Assembly (NCBI GenBank): GCA_035560795.1
Contig: DATMYV010000020.1
Span: 15,152-79,151, forward strand
From: Longilinea sp.
Lineage (GTDB): Bacteria; Chloroflexota; Anaerolineae; Anaerolineales; Anaerolineaceae
Direction of reading: 5' to 3'
DNA: 64,000 nt
The notes beneath the pieces were generated by a model. That model was not told where the DNA came from. It did not search any database and saw only the letters and a program-made list of their open reading frames with translations. Each line of letters opens with the position of its first letter. Within the stretch, counting starts at the first letter, position 1. This document shows, in pieces, positions 28,507-39,286 of the stretch. The position numbers and the translations under genes are program-made.

Positions 28507-30300
28507 TCATTCGAAAACCTGGATCATGGCGAAGCGGTCGACATCCACCAGCCCCAGGTCAGAAATTCGCAGTGACGGAATGACCACCAGTCCAAGTAAA
28601 CTTAGCTGCATATTGGGATTGTTCAATGTGCATCCGCACGCCCGGAAACCTTCCAGGACCGTGGCTGCTTTTTGCCCAACAATTTCTGCCCGTTCATTTG
28701 ACATCAAACCCGCAATGGGCAATTCCACAATTCCGATCACTTCTCCGCGCAGCACCACCACCTGTCCCCCGCCGCAAGCTGCCAGCGCATTGGCTGCAAT
28801 TGCCATGTTCTCGTCGTCCGTTCCAGTCACGATCATGTGATGGCTGTCGTGAGCAACGGTTGTCCCAATCGCGCAGTGTTCAGTAAAACCAAACCCGTGC
28901 ACCAGCCCGACTTGAACCCGTCCAGTCCGGCGATGCCGCTCGACGAGTGCCAGTTTGACAATATCACGAGCTAAATCAGACTGAAATTCACCGTTCTTCC
29001 GTTCCATTTCCAACACCAGGTGGCGGGTAGGAGCCTGATTCTCAATGACACCAATGACATGGGCTTTTAACTCGCCGTCTGCCGGTGGGAACGGAAGCTT
29101 GAAATCGGCAGCTGTTAATTTCCGGCGCAAATGGACCGAATCTGTCGCCCACTCCGGTTGGCTCACCACTGGCAATTCAGCCAGCATTCGGCCCTCTTGT
29201 GCCATCACCTTGCCGCGGGCAATAACGGTATCAACATGAAAATCAGATAGGTTTTTCACCAGCAGCACATCAGCATAACGGCCGGGTGCAATCATGCCCA
29301 TCTCGCGGCTGACGCCAAAATGTTCAGCGGTATTGATGGTCGCCATCTGGATTGCCGTGATGGGTTTAAGCCCCTGTGCTACGGCATGCCGGATGACGCG
29401 GTCCATGTGGCCTTCCTGGACCAGGGTTGCAGAATGGGAATCATCGGTGCAGAGAATAAAATTGCGCGGGTCAAGCCCTAACTCGGTCACGGCGCCAACC
29501 TGAGCCGCCACGTCATGCCAGGCTGAACCAAACCGCAGCATGGCCTTCATTCCCTGTCGCACCCTCTCCACTGCATCTTCAACGCGTGTCCCCTCGTGAT
29601 CATCTTGGGGGCCGCCAGCGGCATATGCATGGAATGGCAGACCAAGGTCTGTCATTGGATAATGTCCGCCAATGACCTTATTGGCCATGCGCGTAGCGTC
29701 CATTTCAGCGTGGACTTTGGCATCGCTGGAAATGACGCCTGGATAATTCATCATTTCACCGAGGCCAATAATGCCAGGCCAGGTCATTGCTTCCGCAACT
29801 TCCGCAGGTCCGATCGATGCACCAGGTGTCTCAAAGCCCGGAGACGAGGGCACGCAGGAAGGCATTTGAACAAAAACTGTGATCGGCTGTAGTGCTGCCT
29901 CATCCACCATCAAACGCACACCACGCAAGCCAAAAACATTGGCAATCTCGTGCGGGTCGACGAACATGCCGGTCGTCCCGTGCGGCAACACCGCCCGTAC
30001 AAACTCTGTAACGGTAAGCATGCCCGATTCGACGTGCATGTGTCCGTCGATAAGGCCAGGAACCAGAAAGCGCCCGGCTGCAACGATTACTTTTGTTTTG
30101 GGGCCAATGGCATGGCTGGCATCCGGACCGACATAAGCAATTCGCCCATCGATAACAGCAATATCGCTGCCGGGGATAATCTCGCCGGATTGCACGGATA
30201 CCCATTGACCGCCCTGGATGACCAAATCGGCGGGTTTGCGCCCCATGGCACAATCGACCAATGTCCGTGTATCCCGTTGCCAGAAAGTGTTCATGCTCAT
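28507..30300 (-). CDS. ade: Adenine deaminase
   Basis: PGLIDGHMHVES, DPHEIANV, GEMMNYPG, DHE, CTDD, TVAHDSHH, LPIAGLMS. Start uncertain (30294-30324). Confidence 0.93.
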   Translation of the reverse strand: MSMNTFWQRDTRTLVDCAMGRKPADLVIQGGQWVSVQSGEIIPGSDIAVIDGRIAYVGPDASHAIGPKTKVIVAAGRFLVPGLIDGHMHVESGMLTVTEFVRAVLPHGTTGMFVDPHEIANVFGLRGVRLMVDEAALQPITVFVQMPSCVPSSPGFETPGASIGPAEVAEAMTWPGIIGLGEMMNYPGVISSDAKVHAEMDATRMANKVIGGHYPMTDLGLPFHAYAAGGPQDDHEGTRVEDAVERVRQGMKAMLRFGSAWHDVAAQVGAVTELGLDPRNFILCTDDSHSATLVQEGHMDRVIRHAVAQGLKPITAIQMATINTAEHFGVSREMGMIAPGRYADVLLVKNLSDFHVDTVIARGKVMAQEGRMLAELPVVSQPEWATDSVHLRRKLTAADFKLPFPPADGELKAHVIGVIENQAPTRHLVLEMERKNGEFQSDLARDIVKLALVERHRRTGRVQVGLVHGFGFTEHCAIGTTVAHDSHHMIVTGTDDENMAIAANALAACGGGQVVVLRGEVIGIVELPIAGLMSNERAEIVGQKAATVLEGFRACGCTLNNPNMQLSLLGLVVIPSLRISDLGLVDVDRFAMIQVFE

Positions 30301-30393
30301 TCGGACTGCCTTTTGCTCCTCCAACGATCACGGTTCGGGAGAGATGAAACCGCATTCGATTCTACGCTTCGGCTTGTTGAGAAAACCGGCCAA

Positions 30394-31776
30394 TTAGCCA
30401 ACAAGCCGTTTGGCGGCTTGATTGTGCCTGCTCACCAGGGCAGGTACATCCACCGTTAAGAGCTCGCCATCGCGAACTATCACCTTTCCGCACACCACAC
30501 TCAAGTCAACGCGCTGCGGACTGCAAAACACCAGCGCTGCAACAGGATCATGCAAAGCCCCGGCATAGTCCAGCCGGTTGAGATCAATGGCAAAGAAGTC
30601 AGCACATTTGCCTGGTTCCAGCGAGCCCAGGTCGTCCCGGCCTAAAACCGCAGCCCCGCCGCGCGTGGCCAATTCCAAAGCCTGACGCGCCGTCATTAAG
30701 GGCGGAGTGCCTGCACCGGAAAGCGACGCCCCTGCCAGTCCTGCTCCAATGCGTGAAAGAAGCATCGCCTGGCGGGCTTCGCCCAAAAGATGCGACCCGT
30801 CATTGCTCGCCGAGCCGTCCACTCCGAGGCCCACCTTGACTCCCGCTGCGCGGTATTGCAGCACTGGAGCAATTCCGGATGCCAGGCGCATATTCGATGA
30901 AGGGCAATGCGCCACCCCACAACCATTGTGGGCATACAATTGAATTTCTTCCTGAGAGACATGCACCGAATGGGCAAACCACACATCCGGACCAATCCAA
31001 TCGACGGATTGCATATAGGCTACCGGGCGGTGGCCGAACATTTGTAGACAGAATTCCTGTTCATCCTGAGTTTCCGCCAGGTGTGTGTGCAAATGAACCC
31101 CGTATTGCCTTGCAAGGGCTGCACTTTTCTTCATTAATTCACCGGTGACGCTGAAGGGTGAACAGGGTGCCAGCACGATTTGCAGCATGGACCCTGGTTT
31201 AGCATCATGATAGGTTTCGATAAGGCGTAAACTGTCATCCAGGATGTGTTCTTCCGTGTCGACCACGCTGTCGGGAGGCAGGCCGCCCTGGCTCTCGCCC
31301 AGGCTCATCGAACCGCGCGAGGCATGCAGGCGGATTCCCAATTCACTGGCGGCCGCAATTTCATCATCCAGTCGGGAGCCATTTGGAAAAAGGTAAAGGT
31401 GGTCCGAAGCAGTGGTGCAACCGGAAAGTGCCAGTTCAGCCATCGCGGTTTGCGCAGAGGTGTAGATATCTTCCGGCGTCATGCGCGCCCAAATCGGATA
31501 AAGCGTTTTCAACCAACCAAACAGGTTGGCATCCTGTGCGGCTGGTACGGCGCGTGTCAATGTCTGGTAAAAGTGATGGTGGGTATTGATCAATCCGGGT
31601 AAAACGATATGCCCCTTGAGATCGAGTACCTCGTCAGCGTTTTGCGGTAGATCCTGGCTAGCGGCCACCTTCTCGATGAACCCATCGCGAATAAAAAGGC
31701 CACCGCCGGAAATTTCCCGGCGCTGGCCATCCATGGTTACCAAAACACTAGCGTTCTTTACAAGAAGAGTGGTCAT
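30394..31776 (-). CDS. 8-oxoguanine deaminase-type amidohydrolase
   Basis: PGLINTHHHFYQTLTR, SDHLY, RGSMS, APCSPFSV, HTHLAET, HCPSSN, GVDGSASND. Confidence 0.88.
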   Translation of the reverse strand: MTTLLVKNASVLVTMDGQRREISGGGLFIRDGFIEKVAASQDLPQNADEVLDLKGHIVLPGLINTHHHFYQTLTRAVPAAQDANLFGWLKTLYPIWARMTPEDIYTSAQTAMAELALSGCTTASDHLYLFPNGSRLDDEIAAASELGIRLHASRGSMSLGESQGGLPPDSVVDTEEHILDDSLRLIETYHDAKPGSMLQIVLAPCSPFSVTGELMKKSAALARQYGVHLHTHLAETQDEQEFCLQMFGHRPVAYMQSVDWIGPDVWFAHSVHVSQEEIQLYAHNGCGVAHCPSSNMRLASGIAPVLQYRAAGVKVGLGVDGSASNDGSHLLGEARQAMLLSRIGAGLAGASLSGAGTPPLMTARQALELATRGGAAVLGRDDLGSLEPGKCADFFAIDLNRLDYAGALHDPVAALVFCSPQRVDLSVVCGKVIVRDGELLTVDVPALVSRHNQAAKRLVG

Positions 31777-31834
31777 CGGCTCAGAAGTTTATGGTCAATC
31801 AATGGGGATCTGTCAATCATGTGACAGTACAACC

Positions 31835-31863
31835 AGTTTAACCATAAACATCTAAAAAGTCAA
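31835..31863 (-). promoter_or_regulatory. Sigma70 promoter of the purine catabolic cluster
   Basis: Minus strand reads TTGACT-17 nt-TAAACT, about 60 nt upstream of the deaminase start. Confidence 0.7.
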
Positions 31864-31900
31864 TTGTCAGACAATATGTATTATGTCACTTGTCGGACAA
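31863..31900. promoter_or_regulatory. Two candidate GntR-family operator palindromes
   Basis: ATTGTCAGACAAT (31863-31875) abuts the -35 box; TTGTCGGACAA lies at 31890-31900. Confidence 0.5.
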
Positions 31901-32764
31901 CTCGGCGCCGTGCAGTAAATTGCTCATCAGCATGGCGATCGTCATGGGTCCCACCCCGCCAGGCACCGGGGTGATCGCGCCTGCCACCTCTTTGACTTCA
32001 TCAAAGGCTACATCGCCCACCATGCGATAGCCCTTGGGCTGGCTGGGGTCCTCAAGGCGGTTGATGCCGACATCGATCACCACTGCACCAGGTTTGACCC
32101 AATCCCCGCGCACCATTTCAGGCCGCCCGACTGCCGCGACCAGTACATCCGCTTGCCGCACCACATCCGGTAGATTTTTCGTGCGTGAGTGGCAAATGGT
32201 CACCGTGGCATTGGCGCGCACCAGCAACAACGCCACCGGCATACCCACAATATTGGATCGCCCCAGCACCACCGCGTTGATGCCTTCAATCTTGGGTAGT
32301 GACTTCTCGATCATGTACATGCAGCCTTTCGGCGTGCAGGGCACAAATAAAGGATCGCGTCCTTTTTGGGCCAACCGTCCAATGTTGATCGGGTGAAATC
32401 CGTCAACATCTTTTTCGATGCTGATTAAACTGAGCACCCGCTCCTCATCCAGGTGGGCAGGAAGCGGTAGCTGCACCAGGATTCCATTCACTTTTGGATC
32501 GGCATTCAATTCTTTGACTAATTTTTCAACTTCTTCCTGCGTGGCTGTGGCTGGCAGTTCGTATCCATAGGATTCAATACCCACTTCGGCACTGGATTTT
32601 CGCTTGGAGCGTACATAAGATTGCGATGCCGGGTTCTCGCCCACCAGCACCGTAGCCAAACCGGGTGCCGGTTTTCCAGCTGCAATTCGTGCCTCCACTT
32701 TTGCTTTTACATCCAGACGAATTTCTGCAGCCAGAGCTTTGCCATCTAAAATCGTTGCGGTCAT
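31886..32764 (-). CDS. folD: Methylenetetrahydrofolate dehydrogenase/cyclohydrolase
   Basis: [50 protein letters not shown]. Confidence 0.97.
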   Translation of the reverse strand: MTATILDGKALAAEIRLDVKAKVEARIAAGKPAPGLATVLVGENPASQSYVRSKRKSSAEVGIESYGYELPATATQEEVEKLVKELNADPKVNGILVQLPLPAHLDEERVLSLISIEKDVDGFHPINIGRLAQKGRDPLFVPCTPKGCMYMIEKSLPKIEGINAVVLGRSNIVGMPVALLLVRANATVTICHSRTKNLPDVVRQADVLVAAVGRPEMVRGDWVKPGAVVIDVGINRLEDPSQPKGYRMVGDVAFDEVKEVAGAITPVPGGVGPMTIAMLMSNLLHGAELSDK

Positions 32765-32959
32765 GTTTTTCCTCTCCATCCATGATTCAGATGATTGTTT
32801 ATTGAAAAATGCAGGGGGCTGACACATATCGAAACAATAATGCCTTTGGCTATTATTATAGCCTGAGGATGAAAAAGCATCGTCACCAGGATGATTATTT
32901 CCCCAATACCAATTTACTTTAAGCTATAATCTCTCCTGAGAATAGGAGGATTGGATCTC

Positions 32960-34276
32960 ATGACAAAAATATGCGTGGTTGGAACTGGATATGTGGGTTT
33001 GGTGACGGGTGCTTGTTTTGCCGATCTAGGCAATGAAGTTGCCTGCCTGGATGTGGACGAGACTCGAATCAGCAAGTTAAAAAACGGAATCATGCCCATT
33101 TATGAACCTGGCCTGGAACAACTGGTTGCCCAAAATGTTCACGCTGGCCGTCTGATGTTTACCACAGATTATCCCGAAGCAGTGAAAGACGCTGAAATCG
33201 CCTTTATCGCGGTGGGAACGCCCTCCGGGGTCGACGGCGAGGCCGATTTGCAATACGTGCGATCTGCTGCTGAAATGATTGCCGATTTGGTGGATGATCC
33301 GATTGTGGTCGTCAACAAATCGACTGTGCCGGTTGGGACAGGTGATTGGGTTGCCGAGATCATCAAGAAACGCCGTGGCGGCAAACCGCTCGAATTTCAC
33401 GTGGTTTCCAACCCGGAATTCTTGCGCGAAGGTTCAGCCATTAACGATTTCATGGCCCCGGATCGGGTCGTGCTCGGTTCGACGGAACGCGAGGCCGCAA
33501 ACAAGGTAGCCCAGTTATACCTAACCCTGCGCTGCCCGATCGTCATCACCGATCTGCGTACCGCCGAAATGATCAAATACGCGTCCAACGCGTTCCTCGC
33601 CACACGAATTTCTTTTATCAATGAAATTGGCAACATGTGCGAGGAAATGGGCGCGGATGTCCGGGAAGTAGCTCGCGGCATGGGGCTGGACAAACGCATT
33701 GGTCCTTCCTTCCTGGATGCAGGTCTGGGTTGGGGCGGTTCCTGCTTCCCGAAGGATGTAAAAGCGTTGGCGCATATGGCCGTGCTGCACGGCACCCACC
33801 CGCAACTACTGCAGGCAGTAATGGAAATCAACCGCAATCAACGGCGCCGTGTTGTAGTGAAATTACGCAAGGCACTTGGCGGCCTTAATGACCGCGAGAT
33901 TGGCATTCTTGGTCTGGCGTTCAAACCCAACACAGACGATATGCGCGAATCACCAGCAGTGGAGATGATTCACCTGCTGCAGAACGAAGGCGCCCATGTC
34001 AAAGCCTATGACCCACAGGCGATGGAAAATGCCGCACAGATGTTCCCACACCTGACCCTGTGCGCCAATCCCTACGAAGTTGCCGAAAACGTGGATGCGC
34101 TGGTGCTTGCCACCGAATGGAACGAGTTCAAGCAACTTGATTTCGACCGCATCCACTCTCTGATGCGCCAGACCATCATCATGGACGGGCGCAACTTGTG
34201 GGACAGCGACCGCCTGCGCCAGCAGGGCTTTACTTACTATGGCGTCGGCCGCGGCGGGAACGGTTCCCCGGATTAA
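32960..34276 (+). CDS. ugd: UDP-glucose 6-dehydrogenase
   Basis: [38 protein letters not shown]; AGGAGGA RBS. Confidence 0.95.
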   Translation: MTKICVVGTGYVGLVTGACFADLGNEVACLDVDETRISKLKNGIMPIYEPGLEQLVAQNVHAGRLMFTTDYPEAVKDAEIAFIAVGTPSGVDGEADLQYVRSAAEMIADLVDDPIVVVNKSTVPVGTGDWVAEIIKKRRGGKPLEFHVVSNPEFLREGSAINDFMAPDRVVLGSTEREAANKVAQLYLTLRCPIVITDLRTAEMIKYASNAFLATRISFINEIGNMCEEMGADVREVARGMGLDKRIGPSFLDAGLGWGGSCFPKDVKALAHMAVLHGTHPQLLQAVMEINRNQRRRVVVKLRKALGGLNDREIGILGLAFKPNTDDMRESPAVEMIHLLQNEGAHVKAYDPQAMENAAQMFPHLTLCANPYEVAENVDALVLATEWNEFKQLDFDRIHSLMRQTIIMDGRNLWDSDRLRQQGFTYYGVGRGGNGSPD

Positions 34277-34296
34277 CAGCAGGATTTTGATAATCC

Positions 34297-34334
34297 ACAC
34301 CCGGAACAATGCAAATGTTCCGGGTGTTTTGTTT
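34297..34334 (+). terminator. Terminator between convergent ugd and uvrA
   Basis: ACACCCGGAACA/TGTTCCGGGTGT 12-bp stem followed by T-rich sequence. Confidence 0.8.
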
Positions 34335-34354
34335 CTAAAAGGTCAACGCGTTGT

Positions 34355-37252
34355 TTACAGCATTTGTTGGTGATGTTCTTTGAGATAATTCTTAAGATAT
34401 TGTCCGGTATAGGATTCACTGTTATCGCACACATCTTCCGGCGTGCCAGTCGCCACGATCAAACCGCCGCGATCGCCGCCTTCCGGCCCCATATCGATGA
34501 TGTAGTCAGCCACTTTGACAATATCGAGGTTATGCTCAATGATCAACACTGAATTGCCGGTTTCGACCAATCGCTGCAGCACTTCGATCAGCTTGTGTAC
34601 GTCGGCGGCATGCAAACCGACGGACGGTTCGTCCAGTACATAGAAAGTACGGCCGGTGGCGCGCCGTGAAAGTTCTTTCGCCAGTTTCACGCGCTGAGCT
34701 TCGCCGCCCGAAAGGGTGGTGCCAGGCTGTCCAATGCGCACATAACCCAATCCGACTTCCTGCAATGTGCGCAGCTTGTTATAGATCGCTGGGAAACTGG
34801 TGAAAAGGTCCAATGCTTCATCGACGGTCGTATCGAGAACCTCAGCAATCGATCTTCCCTTGAAATGCACCTGCAGGGTCTCGCGGTTAAACCGGCTGCC
34901 ATGGCATACGTCGCAGGGTACGTAAACGTCTGGCAGGAATTGCATTTCGATGCGCAATTGACCCTGACCCTGGCAGGCTTCGCAACGCCCGCCGTGCACA
35001 TTGAAAGAGAAACGTCCGGCTTTGTAGCCGCGAATTTTGCTCTCCGGCATTTCAGCGAATAAGGCACGGATTTCATCAAACATGCCGGTATAGGTGGCAG
35101 GATTGGAGCGCGGGCTGCGTCCAATGGGCGACTGGTCGATATTGATGACCTTGTCGATCAATTCGATGCCCTCGATCTTGTCGTAGTCGCCCGGCTGAGT
35201 ATGCGCCCGGTTCACATCGCGCGCCAGCGCGTTGTAAAGCACGTCCACCATCAGGGTTGATTTACCCGAACCGGAAACGCCTGTGATGCATACCAGTTTC
35301 CCGAGCGGGATATCGACGCTGACGTTGCGCAGATTGTTGGCGCGGGCGCCGATGATGCGCAAATGTTTACCGTTGCCCAGGCGGCGGCTGTCAGGCAGCG
35401 GAACCTTCTTGCGCCCCGACAGGTAAGCTCCTGTGATTGAATCGGGATTGACCAGAATTTGTTCCGGCGTGCCCTCGGCCATGATTTCGCCGCCGTGCTC
35501 GCCTGCCCCCGGTCCCAGGTCAATAATCCAATCAGCCGATCGAATGGTGTCATCATCATGCTCGACCACCAGAACCGTATTGCCCAGGTCGCGTAAACTC
35601 TTCAAGGTATCCAACAAACGGCCGTTGTCGCGCGGATGCAGGCCGATGGACGGCTCGTCAAGTACGTACAGCACGCCCATCAGGCGCGATCCGATCTGGG
35701 TCGCCAATCGGATGCGCTGCGCCTCGCCGCCCGAAAGCGAGCCAGCCGAACGGCGCAAGGTGAGGTAATCCAGGCCGACATCCACCAGGAAACCCAACCG
35801 GGCACGAATCTCCTTCACCACCCGGTCCACAATCGCCTGCTGCCGTGGGTTGAGGGGTGATTCCGAGCTGCGCAGCCGGTCGATCCAGGCCAGCGTTCTT
35901 ACCACTGGCCAATCCGTCACCTCAACGATATTGTGATCATCCACAGTCACAGCCAGCGCTTCACTTCGCAGGCGGGTTCCTTTACAAGTTGGACAGGGCC
36001 GCTCGCTCATGAATTCGGTGATTTTGTTACGGATATACTCCGAGTTCGTTTCCCGGTAGCGTCGTTCCAGATTTGGAATCACCCCTTCGAAGGTGGTCGT
36101 ATAGGTCGTTTGCCGGTCGTTGCGCCCATTTAATTGCAGGGTCAGTTCGTCCGTACCGGTGCCGTACATGATCTTATGGATTTTCTCCGGTGCTATGGTA
36201 CTGACCGGCGCATTTAGATCGATATGGAAGCGGTCTGCAACCGCTTCCACCATTTGCCAGTAATATCCGCCCTGTTCGCGCGGACCGTTCCACTCCAACG
36301 CAACGATGGCGCCTTCATTGAACGACCGGTCAGAATCCGGGATGAGCAGATCGGGGTCAATTTCCAGTTTATTTCCCAGCCCCTGGCAATCGGGACACGC
36401 GCCGTGAGGCGTGTTGAACGAGAAAGTGCGCGGTTCGATCTCCGGCAGGCTGATACCGTGTTCCGGACATGCCAGGTGTTCGGAATAATACAGGTCGACA
36501 GGCGGTTCGAGGAGATTTTGCGCTGTCAGATAGCCTTCGCCCACTTTCAACGCGGTCTCAACCGAATCCGTCAAACGCGAACGCATTTGGCGGCGCTCTT
36601 CGTCGTTTTCGGGATGGCCAATCACCAATCGATCGACCACCGCCTCGATCGTATGGATTTTATAGCGGTCAAGCGTAATCTCATCTTCCAGGCTATACAC
36701 CGTTCCATCGGCACGCACCCGTACAAAACCGGCTTTGCGAATCTCATCCAGCACCGCCTGGTAAGTCCCTTTGCGCCCGCGAACGATCGGTGCCAGAATC
36801 AACAGCCGCGATCCCTCAGGCAGTTTCTCGAGCGAATCGACGATCTCCTCGGCAGACTGCTTGGTAACTTCGCGCCCGCAAACCGGACAGTGCGGTATGC
36901 CTGCCCTGGCGTACAACAGGCGCAAGTAATCATATATTTCGGTAACGGTTCCGACTGTGGAGCGCGGGTTGTGGGAGGTGGCTCTCTGGTCGATCGAAAC
37001 TGCTGGGGAAAGTCCGTCAATGTAATCAACATCCGGTTTTTCCATCTGTCCCAAAAACTGGCGGGCATAGGCGGACAATGATTCAACATAACGGCGCTGT
37101 CCTTCGGCAAAAATCGTATCGAAGGCCAGCGAACTTTTTCCCGATCCAGAGAGCCCGGTAATGACTACCAGTTTATCGCGCGGGATTTCAACAGTAATAT
37201 TTTTTAGGTTATGCGCGCGTGCGCCGACAACGCGGATTGCATTTTGGGTCAT
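34355..37252 (-). CDS. uvrA: Excinuclease ABC subunit A
   Basis: GARAHNLKN, two ABC ATPase modules ([26 protein letters not shown] twice) and Zn fingers. Start placed at MTQNAIR. Confidence 0.98.
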   Translation of the reverse strand: MTQNAIRVVGARAHNLKNITVEIPRDKLVVITGLSGSGKSSLAFDTIFAEGQRRYVESLSAYARQFLGQMEKPDVDYIDGLSPAVSIDQRATSHNPRSTVGTVTEIYDYLRLLYARAGIPHCPVCGREVTKQSAEEIVDSLEKLPEGSRLLILAPIVRGRKGTYQAVLDEIRKAGFVRVRADGTVYSLEDEITLDRYKIHTIEAVVDRLVIGHPENDEERRQMRSRLTDSVETALKVGEGYLTAQNLLEPPVDLYYSEHLACPEHGISLPEIEPRTFSFNTPHGACPDCQGLGNKLEIDPDLLIPDSDRSFNEGAIVALEWNGPREQGGYYWQMVEAVADRFHIDLNAPVSTIAPEKIHKIMYGTGTDELTLQLNGRNDRQTTYTTTFEGVIPNLERRYRETNSEYIRNKITEFMSERPCPTCKGTRLRSEALAVTVDDHNIVEVTDWPVVRTLAWIDRLRSSESPLNPRQQAIVDRVVKEIRARLGFLVDVGLDYLTLRRSAGSLSGGEAQRIRLATQIGSRLMGVLYVLDEPSIGLHPRDNGRLLDTLKSLRDLGNTVLVVEHDDDTIRSADWIIDLGPGAGEHGGEIMAEGTPEQILVNPDSITGAYLSGRKKVPLPDSRRLGNGKHLRIIGARANNLRNVSVDIPLGKLVCITGVSGSGKSTLMVDVLYNALARDVNRAHTQPGDYDKIEGIELIDKVINIDQSPIGRSPRSNPATYTGMFDEIRALFAEMPESKIRGYKAGRFSFNVHGGRCEACQGQGQLRIEMQFLPDVYVPCDVCHGSRFNRETLQVHFKGRSIAEVLDTTVDEALDLFTSFPAIYNKLRTLQEVGLGYVRIGQPGTTLSGGEAQRVKLAKELSRRATGRTFYVLDEPSVGLHAADVHKLIEVLQRLVETGNSVLIIEHNLDIVKVADYIIDMGPEGGDRGGLIVATGTPEDVCDNSESYTGQYLKNYLKEHHQQML

Positions 37253-37399
37253 AAACGTATCTTCCACCTTCCACAGGGAATCGCCATTCCCGGATAATTC
37301 ATGACCTTGAATTATACCATCCGCTGCAAATCCATCATCCAGCGCTTTATCCATCGATAGCCTATTCATTGCGTCGCCTCCCGAACAGTATCATTATAT

Positions 37400-37413
37400 C
37401 GAAATTATGTTCT
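37400..37413. promoter_or_regulatory. Candidate LexA (SOS) box upstream of uvrA
   Basis: AGAACATAATTTCG on the minus strand, one mismatch from GAAC-N4-GTTC, next to a TATAAT at 37393-37398. Confidence 0.55.
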
Positions 37414-37433
37414 TAGAACAAGAGGTAAATAAT

Positions 37434-37462
37434 AAAAACTCCGCCGAATTTCCCGGCGGAGT
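37434..37462 (-). terminator. Terminator after the cytochrome gene
   Basis: ACTCCGCCG/CGGCGGAGT stem followed by a T-run on the minus strand. Confidence 0.75.
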
Positions 37463-37493
37463 CAACCACTTATACCCTGTTAATAATTAACCT

Positions 37494-39170
37494 TCAGGGG
37501 AGCGTCACATTCAATTCATTTTGCGCGACCAATACCGGTGAAAGTGGCGATTCTTTCAACATAGCCAGAAAACTTTCAGCTTCTGCCGTGAATGGAATAC
37601 CGCGCAGGTTTTCAGCCCAGCGGTAGCCGACAGACTGGTAAAGAAGCTCGACGGATACCGAATATGTTCCGCTGCCAGGCAATTGAATGACATATTTCAC
37701 GCTGTCGCCGCCAGTATAGAAATCCTCATCCTCCACTGCAGGCCCTTGAACGGCAATTTCATTTGGAAGTTTGTCCTTGGCCATGCCGGCAGGCAGCAGG
37801 CGGTTATCCTTAATATAATGCTGTGCCCGCAGTAGTGTGGTTGTTACTTCGCCGTCCGGGTCGCCGATAATGGTTTCGTAAATTTGAACCTGATCTGGAA
37901 AAGTAATTTCAGTGTAATGCGGCTCAAATTGTGCGGCATCCTGGTCATTGATATTGCCGCTGATCGCGCCATTATCGCTCCAGTTGCCTGATTCAAAGAC
38001 CACGCCCCCTCCTGCATCTTCGACGCGTACATGCAGCCAGACCCGCCGGGACGGGAAGCTGGTGGGAAATTTATGCCCGGCCAGGTTCGTTATTTTAATG
38101 TCAAGATCGAGAGTCGAACCCTGTCCGCCTGGTTTGACAGATAATTCCGCAGTCTTTGAAGAGAGCTGGTCGTCGGTGAGCCGAATAGTCTGCTCGAATT
38201 GATCGTCCGTTGCAGTGACATCCAACGGATCTCCATTCTTTTTTAACAGGTTAAGCATGAACTGATTACCGCCAATGAATTGGTGCTGACGGAAGGGGCT
38301 GCGCTTTTCCGGATTGACGCTTGAAATGGCCGCAGTTTCGCCGGCATCCAGCATATGGCACGATTGACAGGTTGCATCCTTTGCATAGGCGCTGTTTTCC
38401 CATTCCGTGAAAGGCGTCTGTTCTGGAAACAACTCTTCACTGACCTTGCCATCGTTTGTGATGTAAGGCGTAAAAAGATTGTGGCAGGTCGCACAGAGCG
38501 CTGATTGTTCGGTATGACCTGCCTGAAGCGGCGCAAAACCTGAAGCCGCATTCATTACGCTGACCCAATTGTCGGCCACTGGAAATTGCCCGAAGATTTG
38601 ACGTTTACCAGATGCGGTTCTCTCATCAAAGACTAATCCGCCGCTGAAACTCGCATCTGTTCCAAGATTTTCAGCCTGAATCTGGTGACAGACCGTGCAG
38701 GAAACGCCATCCATCGCAAGCGAATGGCCAGAATTTGCAGCAGCAAAGACGCCATCATCCAGCATGATGGTCTTGCCGCCAGCAGCTGAAGTGGTGAAAT
38801 GCGCCATCGGCACATGGCAGGTGGAGCACTTGTTCTGGATAAATTCGTCGTAACCAGGATTCGCCAGGATCTCTCGCCGTACTGAAGCCCGGTAGTAGGG
38901 ATCGCGGGCCGAATTGGCCATCATGGTTGAACGCCAGTCGGTATCGATGGAAATATCGTTTCCACCGCTCGTTATTAACCCGGTGTGGCAAGCGGAACAT
39001 TGTCCAGCCGTCGAGAAAAACGATCCCTTTTCATTGAGCAAAGCGCGCTGTTCCGCCTGGACAACGACTGGAGAGGCTACCATATCCGTCGGTTGGGCAT
39101 GTGCGCAACCTGCCACGATCAGGAATAGGCAAACAATTCCGCCAATCCATTTAATTCGATTAGAACTCAT
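37494..39170 (-). CDS. Pentaheme c-type cytochrome, putative lipoprotein
   Basis: Five CxxCH motifs (CSACH, CSTCH, CTVCH, CATCH, CQSCH); signal peptide ending VAGC; GHKFPT motif and a beta-rich C-terminal region. Confidence 0.85.
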   Translation of the reverse strand: MSSNRIKWIGGIVCLFLIVAGCAHAQPTDMVASPVVVQAEQRALLNEKGSFFSTAGQCSACHTGLITSGGNDISIDTDWRSTMMANSARDPYYRASVRREILANPGYDEFIQNKCSTCHVPMAHFTTSAAGGKTIMLDDGVFAAANSGHSLAMDGVSCTVCHQIQAENLGTDASFSGGLVFDERTASGKRQIFGQFPVADNWVSVMNAASGFAPLQAGHTEQSALCATCHNLFTPYITNDGKVSEELFPEQTPFTEWENSAYAKDATCQSCHMLDAGETAAISSVNPEKRSPFRQHQFIGGNQFMLNLLKKNGDPLDVTATDDQFEQTIRLTDDQLSSKTAELSVKPGGQGSTLDLDIKITNLAGHKFPTSFPSRRVWLHVRVEDAGGGVVFESGNWSDNGAISGNINDQDAAQFEPHYTEITFPDQVQIYETIIGDPDGEVTTTLLRAQHYIKDNRLLPAGMAKDKLPNEIAVQGPAVEDEDFYTGGDSVKYVIQLPGSGTYSVSVELLYQSVGYRWAENLRGIPFTAEAESFLAMLKESPLSPVLVAQNELNVTLP

Positions 39171-39286
39171 CCTATCCTCCCCATTTCATTATCCCCACCC
39201 AAAACATTCTAGCATAGCCGCAGCTTTTTTTCAGTCGATGCTATACTTTAAATATCCCGTTTCCCAGATATCAAAAGGAATCATCC

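Noticed and set aside
5514-32764. In-frame UGA (selenocysteine) read-through genes near selB
   Set aside because: The identified genes are full length and I saw no truncated ORF that resumes after a TGA. No tRNA-Sec, selA or selD is in the window.
36224-37081. 285-aa plus-strand ORF, and similar long antisense ORFs (8100-8753, 39464-40465, 40851-41612, 45457-46263)
   Set aside because: Each lies opposite a well-supported gene and has no recognisable motif. Such shadow ORFs are expected from codon bias.
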